Positions 29,733 to 41,737 of a stretch of DNA of 64,000 nt are shown one piece after another. The notes beneath the pieces were generated by a model that saw only the letters and a list, made by a program, of their open reading frames with translations, was not told the origin of the DNA and searched no databases. The stretch comes from Gemmatimonas sp. GTDB taxonomy: Bacteria; Gemmatimonadota; Gemmatimonadetes; Gemmatimonadales; Gemmatimonadaceae. A program made the position numbers and the translations under genes. The stretch lies in NCBI GenBank assembly GCA_965279375.1, contig OZ257156.1:3456001-3520000 (forward strand), in the 5' to 3' direction. Numbering within the stretch: the first letter of the stretch is position 1; every line of letters begins with the position of its first letter.

Positions 29733-30250
29733 CGCCCCTGCGTCTCGAGCACGTGCAGCATCGCCCGAGCGAACGCGGGCAGGTCCTTGGGTACGCGCGC
29801 ACTCACGATGTTCCCGTCGATCACGGCTTCCTCATCGCGCCAGATCGCGCCTGCGTTGACCACGTCGTCTCGAATGCCCACGGTCGACGTCAGCGTGCGG
29901 CCGCGCAGAATGCCCGCTGAGATGAGAATCCACGGGCCGTGGCAGATCGTGGCTACGAGTCCGTTGGCGGCGTGGACCTGCCGCACGAGCTCCAATACCG
30001 CCGGGTCGCGCCGCAGTTTGTCCGGTGCCCATCCGCCGGGGGCCAGCACGCCGCAGAGCGTCGACGGGTCGACGTCGGCCACCTGACGATCCATTGCGGC
30101 CGGATAGCCCCACTTGCCGAGGTACTTGGCGTCTCCCATGCCGACGAGGGGCGTGTCGAATCCCGCCTCTTCCAGACGGAGTTTGGGATACCAGACCTCG
30201 AGATCTTCGTACTCGGGTCCGACGAGGATCGCGATCGTTCCGCGGGACAT
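29729..30250 (-). CDS. PfpI/DJ-1 family protein
   Basis: 'YEDLE.WYP', 'PGGWAPDKLR' and catalytic 'ICHG'. Confidence 0.9.
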   Translation of the reverse strand: MSRGTIAILVGPEYEDLEVWYPKLRLEEAGFDTPLVGMGDAKYLGKWGYPAAMDRQVADVDPSTLCGVLAPGGWAPDKLRRDPAVLELVRQVHAANGLVATICHGPWILISAGILRGRTLTSTVGIRDDVVNAGAIWRDEEAVIDGNIVSARVPKDLPAFARAMLHVLETQGR

Positions 30251-30428
30251 GATGACGTGGGCAGGGGATGGAAAGTGCGACGACAGGACCAATTCCAATG
30301 CTGGCCTGCGCCCGGTCGATACCGCAGAGCGACGTGTCAATGTACGTTGCAAATGTTGCGCCCCGCACGGACGTCCCGCCGTCCGTGCCCGCCAACCACT
30401 CCTCTTCCACACGTTCAACGGGAGCGAC

Positions 30429-30842
30429 ATGAAACTCATCATCGCGATCATCCGGCCTGAGAAGTTGGCCGACGTCAAGCGGGCCCTGTTCCAAGTGGGA
30501 GTGACGGGGATGACTCTCTCCCGCGTCAGCGGCCATGGCGGCGAACGCGATGTCGTTCAGCGCTACCGCGGCGACACGGTCGTGCTGGAGTTCCATGAGA
30601 AAGTACGCCTCGAGATGGCGTGCTCCGAAGAGTTCGTCGATCGGACGATCGACGCGATCTGCAACGCCGCCCGGACGGGCGATGTCGGCGACGGCAAGAT
30701 CTTTGTGCTGCCGCTCGATCACACCGTGCGCATTCGCACGGGCGAACGCGACAACAGCGCGCTGACGGCCGTCAACGCCGATGAGATCATGCGCAAGACG
30801 CAGCTCGAGGTTCCCATTCCCTCGCTGGAGGCTCTGCGATGA
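30429..30842 (+). CDS. glnK: P-II nitrogen regulatory protein
   Basis: 'MKLIIAIIRP', T-loop 'YRG', 'ARTG.VGDGKIFV' and 'RIRTGE'. Adjacent to amtB, with a GGGAG SD. Confidence 0.92.
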   Translation: MKLIIAIIRPEKLADVKRALFQVGVTGMTLSRVSGHGGERDVVQRYRGDTVVLEFHEKVRLEMACSEEFVDRTIDAICNAARTGDVGDGKIFVLPLDHTVRIRTGERDNSALTAVNADEIMRKTQLEVPIPSLEALR

Positions 30843-32215
30843 TCAGTGCGCTGTCCATTTTCCCGCTCCTTCGCGCCGCAGATCCGGTACCGCTCTCGTC
30901 GGGCGATACGGCGTGGGTGCTCATCAGCACCGCGCTCGTGCTGCTCATGGTGCCCGGACTGGCGTTCTTCTACGGAGGCTTGGTCCGCAGCAAGAGTGCG
31001 CTCAACACGATGCTCATGAGTTTGGGCGCGCTGGCGATCGTCTCAGTGCAGTGGGTGCTCTTCGGCTACAGCCTCGCCTTCGGACCGGGCTCGCACTGGA
31101 TCGGCGGTTTCGAGTGGATTGGATTCCGCGGCGTCGGGGCGACGGCCAACCCCACGTACGCCGCCGCGCTGCCGCATCTGATCTTCGCCGCGTTTCAGGC
31201 GATGTTCGCCGGCATCACGGTCGCGCTCTTCTCGGGCGCCGTGGTCGATCGCATGCGCTTTTCGGCGTATCTGGCGTTCGGCGTCATCTGGACCACGCTC
31301 ATCTACGATCCACTCGCCCATTGGGTGTGGGGCGACGGCGGATGGTTGCGCACGCTGGGCGCGCTCGACTTTGCCGGCGGCACGGTGGTGCACATCAGTG
31401 CAGGTATCACCGCGCTCGTGCTGGCGATGGTCGTGGGACCACGTCGCGACTTCAAGCGTGTCCCGAACGTGCCGCACAACGTGCCGTTCGCGCTGCTCGG
31501 TGCCGGATTGCTCTGGTTTGGATGGTTCGGCTTCAACGCCGGCTCGGCGCTCGCGGCCGACGGCATCGCCGCGAACGCCTTCGTCACCACGCATGTGGCG
31601 GCCGCGTCGGCGCTGGTCACGTGGCTGCTCTGCGAACTGTTCAAGAACGGCCGGGCGACGGCGGTTGGCGCAGCGACTGGCGCTGTGATTGGGCTGGTGG
31701 CGATCACTCCCGCGGCGGGCTTCGTGACGCCGCTCTCCGCCATCGCGATCGGCGTGCTGGCGGCACCATGCTCCTTCTTCGCGCTCAACTTCCGCGCGAC
31801 CACGCGCCTCGACGACACGCTCGACGTCTTCGCGTGTCACGGCGTGGCGGGCATCACGGGCGCGCTGCTGACGGGCGTGTTCGCGACCAAGACGGTCAAC
31901 CCGAACGGTGCCGACGGACTGCTGGCGGGAAATGCGTCGCTCATCGGCGTGCAGGCCGTGGCAGTGCTGGCCACGATCGCGTTCGCAGGCATCGGCACGC
32001 TCGGCATCGCGTCGGCGCTTCGCCTTGTGATGCCGCTGCGCATTCCGGTGGACGCCGAAGTGGCGGGCATCGACATCAGCGAGCACGGCGAAGAGGCCTA
32101 CCACAGCAGCGATCTCAGCGACCTGACCGGCCGAAGCACGGCACTCGGCGACTCGGTCGTGCTGTCGGCGAGCGAAATCTACGGCACTCCGGTGCCTCGC
32201 AGCGCGAACGCGTAA
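30839..32215 (+). CDS. amtB: Ammonium transporter
   Basis: 'GDTAW', 'PGLAFFYGG', 'DFAGGTVVH', 'WFGWFGFN' and 'DDTLDVF.CHG' (twin-His intact). Confidence 0.95.
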   Translation: MISALSIFPLLRAADPVPLSSGDTAWVLISTALVLLMVPGLAFFYGGLVRSKSALNTMLMSLGALAIVSVQWVLFGYSLAFGPGSHWIGGFEWIGFRGVGATANPTYAAALPHLIFAAFQAMFAGITVALFSGAVVDRMRFSAYLAFGVIWTTLIYDPLAHWVWGDGGWLRTLGALDFAGGTVVHISAGITALVLAMVVGPRRDFKRVPNVPHNVPFALLGAGLLWFGWFGFNAGSALAADGIAANAFVTTHVAAASALVTWLLCELFKNGRATAVGAATGAVIGLVAITPAAGFVTPLSAIAIGVLAAPCSFFALNFRATTRLDDTLDVFACHGVAGITGALLTGVFATKTVNPNGADGLLAGNASLIGVQAVAVLATIAFAGIGTLGIASALRLVMPLRIPVDAEVAGIDISEHGEEAYHSSDLSDLTGRSTALGDSVVLSASEIYGTPVPRSANA

Positions 32216-32250
32216 CGCGTTCGCGCTCTGCGTCCGCGCGCTGCGGAGAC

Positions 32251-32286
32251 AAAAAAGGGGCGATCCGCGAGGATCGCCCCTTTGTC
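32251..32286. terminator. Bidirectional intrinsic terminator
   Basis: AAAAAAGGGGCGATCC-gcga-GGATCGCCCCTTT between amtB and a convergent small ORF. Confidence 0.8.
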
Positions 32287-32306
32287 ATTCGTGCTGCGCG
32301 GTGGAC

Positions 32307-32465
32307 TCAGCGCTTCGCGAACTTGTCCTGCGCCCACGTCATCGGAATCATGAACAACGGCGACAAGAACAGCCCGAGCAGGATGTTGATCCAGATCAGG
32401 GCGCAGTAGTAGGCCGTCATGCCAAGCGAGGCCCAGATGGTGCCGAAAGTTCCGTGCGATTCCAC
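32307..32465 (-). CDS. 52-aa small membrane protein (absent from ORF track)
   Basis: GGAG SD 7 nt before GTG. Sequence MESHGTFGTIWASLGMTAYYCALIWINILLGLFLSPLFMIPMTWAQDKFAKR, with mostly G/C third positions and a terminator downstream. Confidence 0.7.
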   Translation of the reverse strand: MESHGTFGTIWASLGMTAYYCALIWINILLGLFLSPLFMIPMTWAQDKFAKR

Positions 32466-32597
32466 AGCAAATCTCCGGAGTGCGAAGTGCGGACGAGGTT
32501 CGGAGTGATTGTAGCGATGTCAGCGCCGGGAAGGTAGGGGGGCGCGAAGACGGTTCCGGCAGTTGACGTAACGGCAGCCTGAGGTGATTTGTCCTCC

Positions 32598-34004
32598 ATG
32601 GCCACCGAGGTAACGCCCGACGACCTGCTCCCCGTTCCAGACGACGCGGTCCCCACCGCGACACTATTGCGTGCCTCGCTGGACGTCGCGCTGGCCAACG
32701 CGCCCGGTCCGCTGGTGCTCGCCGTCTCGGGCGGTCGGGATTCGATGGCGCTGCTGCACGCGATGGCGCGTTGGGCGCCGGAGCGGTTGGCCGCCGTCGC
32801 CACGTACGACCACGCGACGGGCGGGTACGCGACCGACGCTGCGGCGCTGGTGGCCGCCGAGGCTCGCAAGCTTGGCCTGACGGTGGTTCGTGAGCGCGCG
32901 CGGGTCGCTGGCGTTTCCGAGGCCGCCTGGCGTAGCGGTCGATGGAGCTTTCTGCATCGGGTGGCGCGCGCGTACCGCGGACGGATCGCGACGGCCCACA
33001 CGCGCGACGATCAGGTGGAGACCGTGGTCATGCGCCTGTTGCGCGGCGCTGGCGCGCGCGGTCTGGCGGCACTGGCTGCGCCGTCGCCAGTCGTGCGGCC
33101 ATGGCTCGCCGTCTCGCGCGCGGAGGTCGCAGCGTGGGCGCGCGCGGAGGCGCTCCAGTACCTCGAGGATCCGACCAACGCGACGCTGCATTTCCTGCGC
33201 GGGCGGATGCGGCACGATCTGCTGCCCGTGCTGGAGGCAGCGCATCCAGGGTTCGCCGATGAGATGCTGCGCGTCGGGGATCAGGCTGCGCGCTGGCGAC
33301 AGGAAGTCGAGGCATTCGTCGACGCGCTGCCGATCGTCTCGCTTGGCGCCACGCGCCTGCAACTTCCCACCCGGCCGCTCGTGCAGACCACCGACGAGGG
33401 TCGCGCGGTGCTCTGGGCAGCCCTCTTTGGTCGGGTCGGTGTGGCGATCGATGCACACGGAACTCGTGCGTTGGTTCGGTTTACTGACGGGGACCGAATC
33501 GGCGCGTATCTCTCGATTGCTGGCGGAGCGACGGTCATTCGTCGTCGGATCGAGCAGATGGACGTGTTTGAAGTGCGGGGGCCGAGTGTGGGCGCGGTTG
33601 CGCCGACGGTCGTCACGAGTGCGAGCACGGCCGCCTTGCCGGCGCGATGGGGGCGCTGGCGTTTTCGAGAAGCCGGGGGATCGAGCGGTGCGGTGTCGCG
33701 GAACACGGCAGAGGAGCGTAGTCAGAGCGCGTGGCACTGTCCCGTGCCAAGTCAGGCGCCGCTCACCGTGCGCGCGTGGAACCCGGGCGATCGCATCCGT
33801 ACGGCTGGTGCACGCGCGGGGAGACGTGTGACGCGGTATTTTGCAGAAGCAGGTGTGCCCGCACTTGACCGGCCGGGTTGGCCGGTCGTCCTGCAGGCTG
33901 AGGAGATCGTGTGGGTTCCCGGAGTTTGCCGCAGCGTCGCGGCCCCGAACCGGCCCGGAAGGTCGGATTTGATCTGGTACCGGTGTGAGCGCGAGCGCGA
34001 CTGA
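32598..34004 (+). CDS. tilS: tRNA(Ile)-lysidine synthetase
   Basis: PP-loop 'AVSGGRDS', '[11 protein letters not shown]' and 'DPTN', with tilS-hpt-ftsH synteny. Confidence 0.9.
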   Translation: MATEVTPDDLLPVPDDAVPTATLLRASLDVALANAPGPLVLAVSGGRDSMALLHAMARWAPERLAAVATYDHATGGYATDAAALVAAEARKLGLTVVRERARVAGVSEAAWRSGRWSFLHRVARAYRGRIATAHTRDDQVETVVMRLLRGAGARGLAALAAPSPVVRPWLAVSRAEVAAWARAEALQYLEDPTNATLHFLRGRMRHDLLPVLEAAHPGFADEMLRVGDQAARWRQEVEAFVDALPIVSLGATRLQLPTRPLVQTTDEGRAVLWAALFGRVGVAIDAHGTRALVRFTDGDRIGAYLSIAGGATVIRRRIEQMDVFEVRGPSVGAVAPTVVTSASTAALPARWGRWRFREAGGSSGAVSRNTAEERSQSAWHCPVPSQAPLTVRAWNPGDRIRTAGARAGRRVTRYFAEAGVPALDRPGWPVVLQAEEIVWVPGVCRSVAAPNRPGRSDLIWYRCERERD

Positions 34005-34572
34005 GCACGAACAGCAGGGCAACCCCGAGCAGCCCGCCGACCCGCGTCTCGATGGACGAGCGGTCAAGCGGATCGTGTACGACGCCGCGACGATTCAGCA
34101 GCGCGTGCGCGAACTCGGCGCAGAAATCACGGCCGCGTATCCCGATGGCGACCTGCTCGTTCTCGGCTTGTTGAAGGGCAGCTTCATTTTTCTCAGCGAC
34201 CTCGTGCGCGACATCGCGCGGCCGCTTCAGGTCGATTTTCTCGTCGCCTCATCGTACGGCGACGCGATGGAATCGAGCGGAGTTGTACGTTTGCTCTACG
34301 ATCCGGAAACGGAATTGGAGGGCAAACACATTCTTCTCGTTGAAGACATCGTGGATTCCGGGCGGACGCTCAATCGCCTCATTGAACTGCTGGGCGAGCG
34401 GAAGCCGCGGTCACTCGAAATCTGCGCGTTGTTGCACAAGCACATTGCCACGGAGCTGTCGCACCCTACACAGTTCATAGGGTTTGACGCTCCACATGAA
34501 TTTCTGGTCGGATATGGTCTCGACCACGCAGAGAACTTCCGGCACCTCCCGTACGTCGCAAGCCTGCAGTAA
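33985..34572 (+). CDS. hpt: Hypoxanthine phosphoribosyltransferase
   Basis: '[11 protein letters not shown]', '[10 protein letters not shown]' and 'FLVGYGLD'. Confidence 0.95.
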   Translation: MSASATEHEQQGNPEQPADPRLDGRAVKRIVYDAATIQQRVRELGAEITAAYPDGDLLVLGLLKGSFIFLSDLVRDIARPLQVDFLVASSYGDAMESSGVVRLLYDPETELEGKHILLVEDIVDSGRTLNRLIELLGERKPRSLEICALLHKHIATELSHPTQFIGFDAPHEFLVGYGLDHAENFRHLPYVASLQ

Positions 34573-34584
34573 CCAGGTCACACG

Positions 34585-36573
<1,989 letters not shown>

Positions 36574-36676
36574 CCGCCGATTGCAGTGCCCGTAGTGATG
36601 CCCGTACGCGAGCGGGTCCGGAGACAGCTGATCCGGACCCGCTCGTCGTTTCCCCTCTGCCCATCGCCTATTCCGC

Positions 36677-37477
36677 GTGAACGACCTCGAACTGCTGCGC
36701 GCGTTGCACTTCACCTGGCGGGACGGCCTCGAGATCGCGGTCGTCGCCCTGATTTTTCATCGAATCCTGCGATTGATCGAGGGCACTCGCGCGCTGCAGA
36801 TGCTGGCCGGGATCGTGGTACTGGTGGGCGCGTATGCGGTGGCGTGGTTTCTCAAGCTGACGATGATCACCTACCTGCTTGGGCTGGTGTTCACGTACGG
36901 TGCGTTCGCGCTGCTGATCATCTTCCAACCGGAGCTGCGCGCCGCGCTCGCGCACTTGGGGCAGGCGCAGGTCACGCGCTTCTTCCGGCGTCTCGATCAG
37001 GGACCCATCGAGGAGGAGATCGCCGATGCCGTGGAACGGCTCTCACGCTCGGGCATCGGTGCGATCATCGCCGTCGAGCGTGATGTGCCGCTCAGTGATT
37101 TCGTGGAGAGTGGTTCCGCAATGCAAGCCAAGCTCACCGCCGATCTGTTGGCGACGATCTTCACGCCATACTCGCCGCTGCACGATGGCGCCGTGATCGT
37201 GCGCGGGGACAGCATCGTTGGCGCGGGGTGCATTCTGCCGTTGTCGCAGTCGGTGGTCGCCGATCGGTCGCTCGGCACGCGGCATCGCGCCGCGCTGGGA
37301 TTGAGTGAAGAGAGCGACGCACTGGTGATTGTGGTGTCGGAGGAGTCGGCGAGCGTGTCGATCGCGCAGGGTGGCGTACTGCGCCAGCGACTCACCTCCA
37401 CACAGGTGCGCGATCTGTTGGCGGGTCGAGAGCCTCGTCCGACCGCGGAGTTCGCTGTCGCGGGCCGCGTGGCGTGA
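36677..37477 (+). CDS. cdaA: Diadenylate cyclase CdaA
   Basis: Three N-terminal TM helices, 'IFQPELR', and catalytic 'LHDGA' and 'GTRHRAA'. Confidence 0.92.
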   Translation: MNDLELLRALHFTWRDGLEIAVVALIFHRILRLIEGTRALQMLAGIVVLVGAYAVAWFLKLTMITYLLGLVFTYGAFALLIIFQPELRAALAHLGQAQVTRFFRRLDQGPIEEEIADAVERLSRSGIGAIIAVERDVPLSDFVESGSAMQAKLTADLLATIFTPYSPLHDGAVIVRGDSIVGAGCILPLSQSVVADRSLGTRHRAALGLSEESDALVIVVSEESASVSIAQGGVLRQRLTSTQVRDLLAGREPRPTAEFAVAGRVA

Positions 37478-39333
37478 GTGCGTTGGCTCAAGCGGCGCCG
37501 CGCGGACGCGCCCGTCGCAAGCTTCCGGCGTTGCCATCGTCGCTCGTTGCCGGCGTAGTCACCTTCGTCGTGTTGCTCGCGACGTATCTGCGCACTGCGG
37601 CGCCAGATCTCTCCTTCTGGGATGCGTCGGAGCTGACGACCGCCGCACACACCTTCGGCATTCCACATCCGCCGGGCACGCCGCTTTGGGTGGCGCTGGG
37701 GCGCGTCGCTGCGCTGGTCTTTTCGGCCGCGGGGCCTGCGCGCGCCGTGACTTTGCTGTCGGTGTGGGCCACGGCCGCGGCAGGTGCGTTGGGTGCGGCG
37801 ATGGCCACGCGATGGATTGGCGCGCGGGGCGCGGTGGCAGCGGCCGTAGGCGCCGGCACAATGATGTCGGTGTGGGCCAACGCCACGGAGACTGAGGTCT
37901 ACGCAGTCTCGCTGCTGCTGTCTGTGGCGATGCTCCTTGCCGGTGAACGGGCGGGGCGCACAACGCTCGATAAAACCGACCGCGCACGCTGGCGTGCTCT
38001 GCTCGCGTTTCTGGCAGCGCTGTCGGTGCCGGTGCATCTGAGCGCGCTGGTGGCGTTGCCTGCCGCGATGGCATTGGCATGGCATGGTCCTCGCCCGACG
38101 CGTCGTGAGGTGGCCACGTGGGTTGCGCTAATGGCGCTCGCGCTCTCTGCCGTTGCGATCCTGCCACTGCGCGCGCAGCACGCGCCTTTGCTGAACTCCG
38201 GGCGGCCCGTGTCGCTGGATGCGCTGCTCGCGGTGCTGCGCCGCGATCAATACGCCGTGGCCGGCTTGTGGCCACGTTCCGCGCCGCTGTGGCTGCAACT
38301 CGGCAACGTCTTCGAGTGGGCGGACTGGCAAGTGGCGTTCGGATTGCACCCCGTCGCGCCGCCCGCGTTCAGCCGTACCGCGTTGAGCGTGGTGTGGGGC
38401 TGGCTCTCGCTGTTGGGCGCGCGCACGCTCTGGCAACACGACCGTCGAGTGGCGCGCGGCATGGCGCTGTTGGTGCTAAGCGGAACGGTGGGCGTGGCGC
38501 TCTGGCTCAACCTCAAGGCGGGTCCGTCTTTCGGAGACGGGGTGCTGGCCTTGGGAGCAGCTCATGAAGCGCGCGAGCGCGACTACTTCTTTGCGCTGGG
38601 GTTCTGGGCGTGGGGACTGCTCGCGGGCATCGGACTGAGTGGAATCGCCACGCGCTTGCTGCGGAGCGTTCCCGCGGCCATCGCGCCGGCGATGCTGCTC
38701 GTGGCCGTAGTCCCCATGCTGGCCAACTCGCCGGTGATGGACCGCGGGCGTGAGCCGGCGTCGGTGCTGCCGCGTGCGTACGCGCGCCTGCTGCTGGACG
38801 CCGTGCCGAACGGCGGCGTACTGCTGTCGGCGGGCGACAACGACACGTTCCCGCTCTGGTACCTGCAGCAGGTGGAGGACTACCGCACCGATGTGACCGT
38901 GGTGACGGTCCCGCTGCTCGGCGCAGCTTGGTTCCGAGAGGAGCTTGCCGCGCGCTATCGACTGTTGGACTCGAGTGAGATCACGCGGTCCGGCGCGTTT
39001 GGCGCGGCCGTGGTTCGTCGGGCGGTGCGCAACGGACGCGCGGTGCGCGTGAGCGCGCTGCTGAGCGGAGCTGATCGCCGTGCGCTCGATGCGAATGCAG
39101 GGTGGGTGCTGGAAGGGCTCGTCTACGCGCCGAGTGCAGACGTCCCAATCGGGAGTGTTGGGCTGGATCTATCGCGGCTCCGGCAGGCCAGGGACAGGGT
39201 GCCGCCGGGACTGCTGGCGCCACTGGCGCCGGGAACCGATCCGGCCGGCGAGCAGCTGCAGTCGTTGTTGCGCTGCGCGACCGTCGTGCGGCTCGACGAC
39301 CCTTTACTTGTGTCCTCCTGTGGGGGCGCGTAA
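37474..39333 (+). CDS. DUF2723 / TMEM260-like membrane protein (GT-C-like)
   Basis: 'FWDASE', 'GIPHPPG.P', 'ETEVY', 'ARERDYFF' and 'GDNDTFPLWY.Q.VE'. Confidence 0.82.
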   Translation: MSALAQAAPRGRARRKLPALPSSLVAGVVTFVVLLATYLRTAAPDLSFWDASELTTAAHTFGIPHPPGTPLWVALGRVAALVFSAAGPARAVTLLSVWATAAAGALGAAMATRWIGARGAVAAAVGAGTMMSVWANATETEVYAVSLLLSVAMLLAGERAGRTTLDKTDRARWRALLAFLAALSVPVHLSALVALPAAMALAWHGPRPTRREVATWVALMALALSAVAILPLRAQHAPLLNSGRPVSLDALLAVLRRDQYAVAGLWPRSAPLWLQLGNVFEWADWQVAFGLHPVAPPAFSRTALSVVWGWLSLLGARTLWQHDRRVARGMALLVLSGTVGVALWLNLKAGPSFGDGVLALGAAHEARERDYFFALGFWAWGLLAGIGLSGIATRLLRSVPAAIAPAMLLVAVVPMLANSPVMDRGREPASVLPRAYARLLLDAVPNGGVLLSAGDNDTFPLWYLQQVEDYRTDVTVVTVPLLGAAWFREELAARYRLLDSSEITRSGAFGAAVVRRAVRNGRAVRVSALLSGADRRALDANAGWVLEGLVYAPSADVPIGSVGLDLSRLRQARDRVPPGLLAPLAPGTDPAGEQLQSLLRCATVVRLDDPLLVSSCGGA

Positions 39334-39344
39334 CCTTATGTGCT

Positions 39345-40061
39345 ATGCGAATTTCGGACCTTCCAACGGATGTCGCGTCCGCGTATGACGCGACCGTGGC
39401 TGGTCGTGTGGCGGAGGTGCGCGAGCGCATGGATGCCGCGCGAGTTCGCGGCGGCCACGGCCAGTCGCTGACGCTCGTAGCGGTGACCAAGACGCACGGC
39501 CCAGAGGCGGTGCGCGCGGCGTTCAACGCCGGAGTTGCCGACGTGGGAGAGAACCGCGTCCAGGAAGCCGAATCCAAGATGGCCGTCGTCACGGAGCCCG
39601 TGCGCTGGCACCTGATCGGGCACCTGCAGCGCAACAAGGCCAAGTCGGCGGTGCGGTTCGATCTGGTGCACAGCATGGACAGCGAACGGCTCGCTGAGGC
39701 GCTGTCCGCGGCGGCTGTGGGCGCCGGACGCGTGTTGGACGTCCTCCTGCAAGTGAACGTGAGCGGCGAAGGCACCAAGAGCGGTGTCGCGCCAGCGGAT
39801 GTCGCCCCACTGGCCGACCGCCTGCGCGTGCTACCCGGACTTCGCGTCGTGGGTGCGATGACGATGGCCCCGTTCGATGCGCCCGAAGTCGTGCTGCGGG
39901 AAGTGTTTACGGGTGCGCGCGCGGCGTTGGCACTGCTCGCCGCCGCGGGTCATCCGGCGTCCGTGCTGAGCATGGGGATGTCCGGTGATTACGAGCTCGC
40001 CATCGAAGAGGGGGCCACCCACGTGCGACTCGGTACCGTGTTGTTCGGCGATCGGGGCTAG
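39345..40061 (+). CDS. yggS: PLP homeostasis protein YggS
   Basis: 'VAVTK', 'GENRVQEA', 'WHLIGHLQRNK', 'LSMGMSGD' and 'GATHVRLGT.LFG'. Confidence 0.93.
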   Translation: MRISDLPTDVASAYDATVAGRVAEVRERMDAARVRGGHGQSLTLVAVTKTHGPEAVRAAFNAGVADVGENRVQEAESKMAVVTEPVRWHLIGHLQRNKAKSAVRFDLVHSMDSERLAEALSAAAVGAGRVLDVLLQVNVSGEGTKSGVAPADVAPLADRLRVLPGLRVVGAMTMAPFDAPEVVLREVFTGARAALALLAAAGHPASVLSMGMSGDYELAIEEGATHVRLGTVLFGDRG

Positions 40062-40126
40062 CACTCGTTTATGTTTGGCATGCTCTCTCGCCCACACGCT
40101 CGCGGCCGCCATTTTCTGGAGTCTGC

Positions 40127-40765
40127 ATGACGGACGACGCCTTCCACCTGACAGCGCTGGATGTCCGGCGCTACGACTTCGGCAATGCCCTCCGGGGCTA
40201 CGACCGTGCGCGCGTCGATCAGTTCCGCGATCAGGTCGCGGAAGAGCTGGAGCGCCTGTCGCGCGTCAACCAGGAGCTCGAGACCAAGGCGCGCAACTTT
40301 CACGAGCAGCTCAAGGCATTTCGCGAGCGTGACAAGGCGCTCAACGAGGCGTTGGTGAGCGCGCAGCAGCTGCGTGGCGAAATTCGTCAGCAGGCGGAGC
40401 GTGAAGCGCAGCTGATCGTGCGAGAGGCGCAGGCGGAAGCGGGGAATGCGGTGCAGCAGGTACGCGAAGATGTGCGTCGCGCCGAGGAAGAGCTGCAGCA
40501 GCTGTGGCGCGCACGCCGGACGTATCTGGCGCAGTTGCGGCATCATCTCGAACGGCAGCTCACTGAACTTGCTGCAGCGGAAGACGAACCGGTTCCGGCG
40601 TTCGGGCAGATGCGTGAGCCGAGCAGTCGCGCGACGCCACGCGAAGCCGCTCCGACGCTGCCGCCTCGGTCTGCGCCCGAGACGACTGAAACTCCCTCTG
40701 AGCGCGACTCGTCGCGGCCGCGTATTGCGACGCCCTCGTGGCTGGACGTGGTGGAGGAAAATTGA
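40127..40765 (+). CDS. divIVA: DivIVA domain protein
   Basis: 'LTALDV...DF...LRGYD...VDQF' N-domain followed by a long coiled coil. Confidence 0.88.
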   Translation: MTDDAFHLTALDVRRYDFGNALRGYDRARVDQFRDQVAEELERLSRVNQELETKARNFHEQLKAFRERDKALNEALVSAQQLRGEIRQQAEREAQLIVREAQAEAGNAVQQVREDVRRAEEELQQLWRARRTYLAQLRHHLERQLTELAAAEDEPVPAFGQMREPSSRATPREAAPTLPPRSAPETTETPSERDSSRPRIATPSWLDVVEEN

Positions 40766-41660
40766 GAACGCCCGAGACGTTTCCTCAGCTGCAGTACACG
40801 CAGGAGCACAAGGCCGTCGGCCTCGCGCATCCCGCGCTGGGGCTGCACGCACGTGAGCGGATCGAGGCCTGCGCGCAGGCGGTGCGTGCGCGATTCAACA
40901 AGCCGCTCGACGCCGCGATCATCCTCGGTACTGGGCTCGGTGGGCTCGTCGACGAAATCGCCGTGGAAACGGTGATCGAGTACAGCGATCTCCCCAATTT
41001 CCCGCTCTCCACGGTGGAGTCGCACAAGGGGCGACTGCTGTGCGGAACGCTGTCGGGTAAGACGGTGATCGCCATGCAAGGGCGCTTTCATCGCTACGAG
41101 GCTATTCGCTGCAGCAGGTGACGTTCCCGGTGCGCGTGCTGCGCGCGCTGGGTGCGACCACGCTGGTGGTGAGCAACGCGTGCGGCGGCATGCATCCGTT
41201 GTGGGCGCCGGGCGATCTGATGCTCATCGCGGATCATCTCAACCTGCTGGGCGACAATCCGCTCATCGGCCCCAACGACGACGCACTCGGCCCGCGCTTT
41301 CCGGACATGAGCGCGCCGTACGACGCCGGTTTGCGCAGCATCGCACGCGAAGTGGCGACCGCCAACGGCATCATGATGCGCGAAGGAGTGTATGCAGCGG
41401 TGCAGGGGCCTAACCTCGAAACGCGTGCCGAGTATCGCTTTCTGCGCGCGGTCGGTGCGGATGTGGTGGGGATGTCCACCGTACCTGAGGTAATCGTGGC
41501 GCGACATGGCGGCATGCGCGTGCTGGGGCTCTCGATCATCACGGATCAGTGTCTGCCCGACGCGCTTGAAGAGGCGAGTCTGGAGCAGATCATTGGTGTT
41601 GCGCGCGGAGCGGAGCCCAAGCTGTCTGCGGTGGTGAAGGGCGTGATTGCCCGTCTGTAG
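40762..41660 (+). pseudogene. punA: Purine-nucleoside phosphorylase (trimeric family), interrupted by a 1-nt frameshift near 41100 (possibly a sequencing error)
   Basis: GGAGG SD and TTG at 40762. The first frame gives '[25 protein letters not shown]'. The next frame continues '[32 protein letters not shown]'. Confidence 0.85.
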
Positions 41661-41737
41661 GACGTGGTTAAGGTATTTCGAACTAAGCACATCCTGACGC
41701 GCCGATTGCGGCGCACTCGTTTCTCTCTCGCTCGTCC

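Noticed and set aside
40075..40092. Sigma-54 promoter upstream of divIVA (TTGGCA...)
   Set aside because: The -12 TTGC element is missing at the required spacing.
41089..41125. Programmed ribosomal frameshift in the phosphorylase
   Set aside because: No slippery sequence or stimulatory element is evident. Loss of one G in a G-run explains it.
41661..41737. T-box riboswitch upstream of ileS
   Set aside because: Only 77 nt of intergenic space, with no T-box consensus or terminator.
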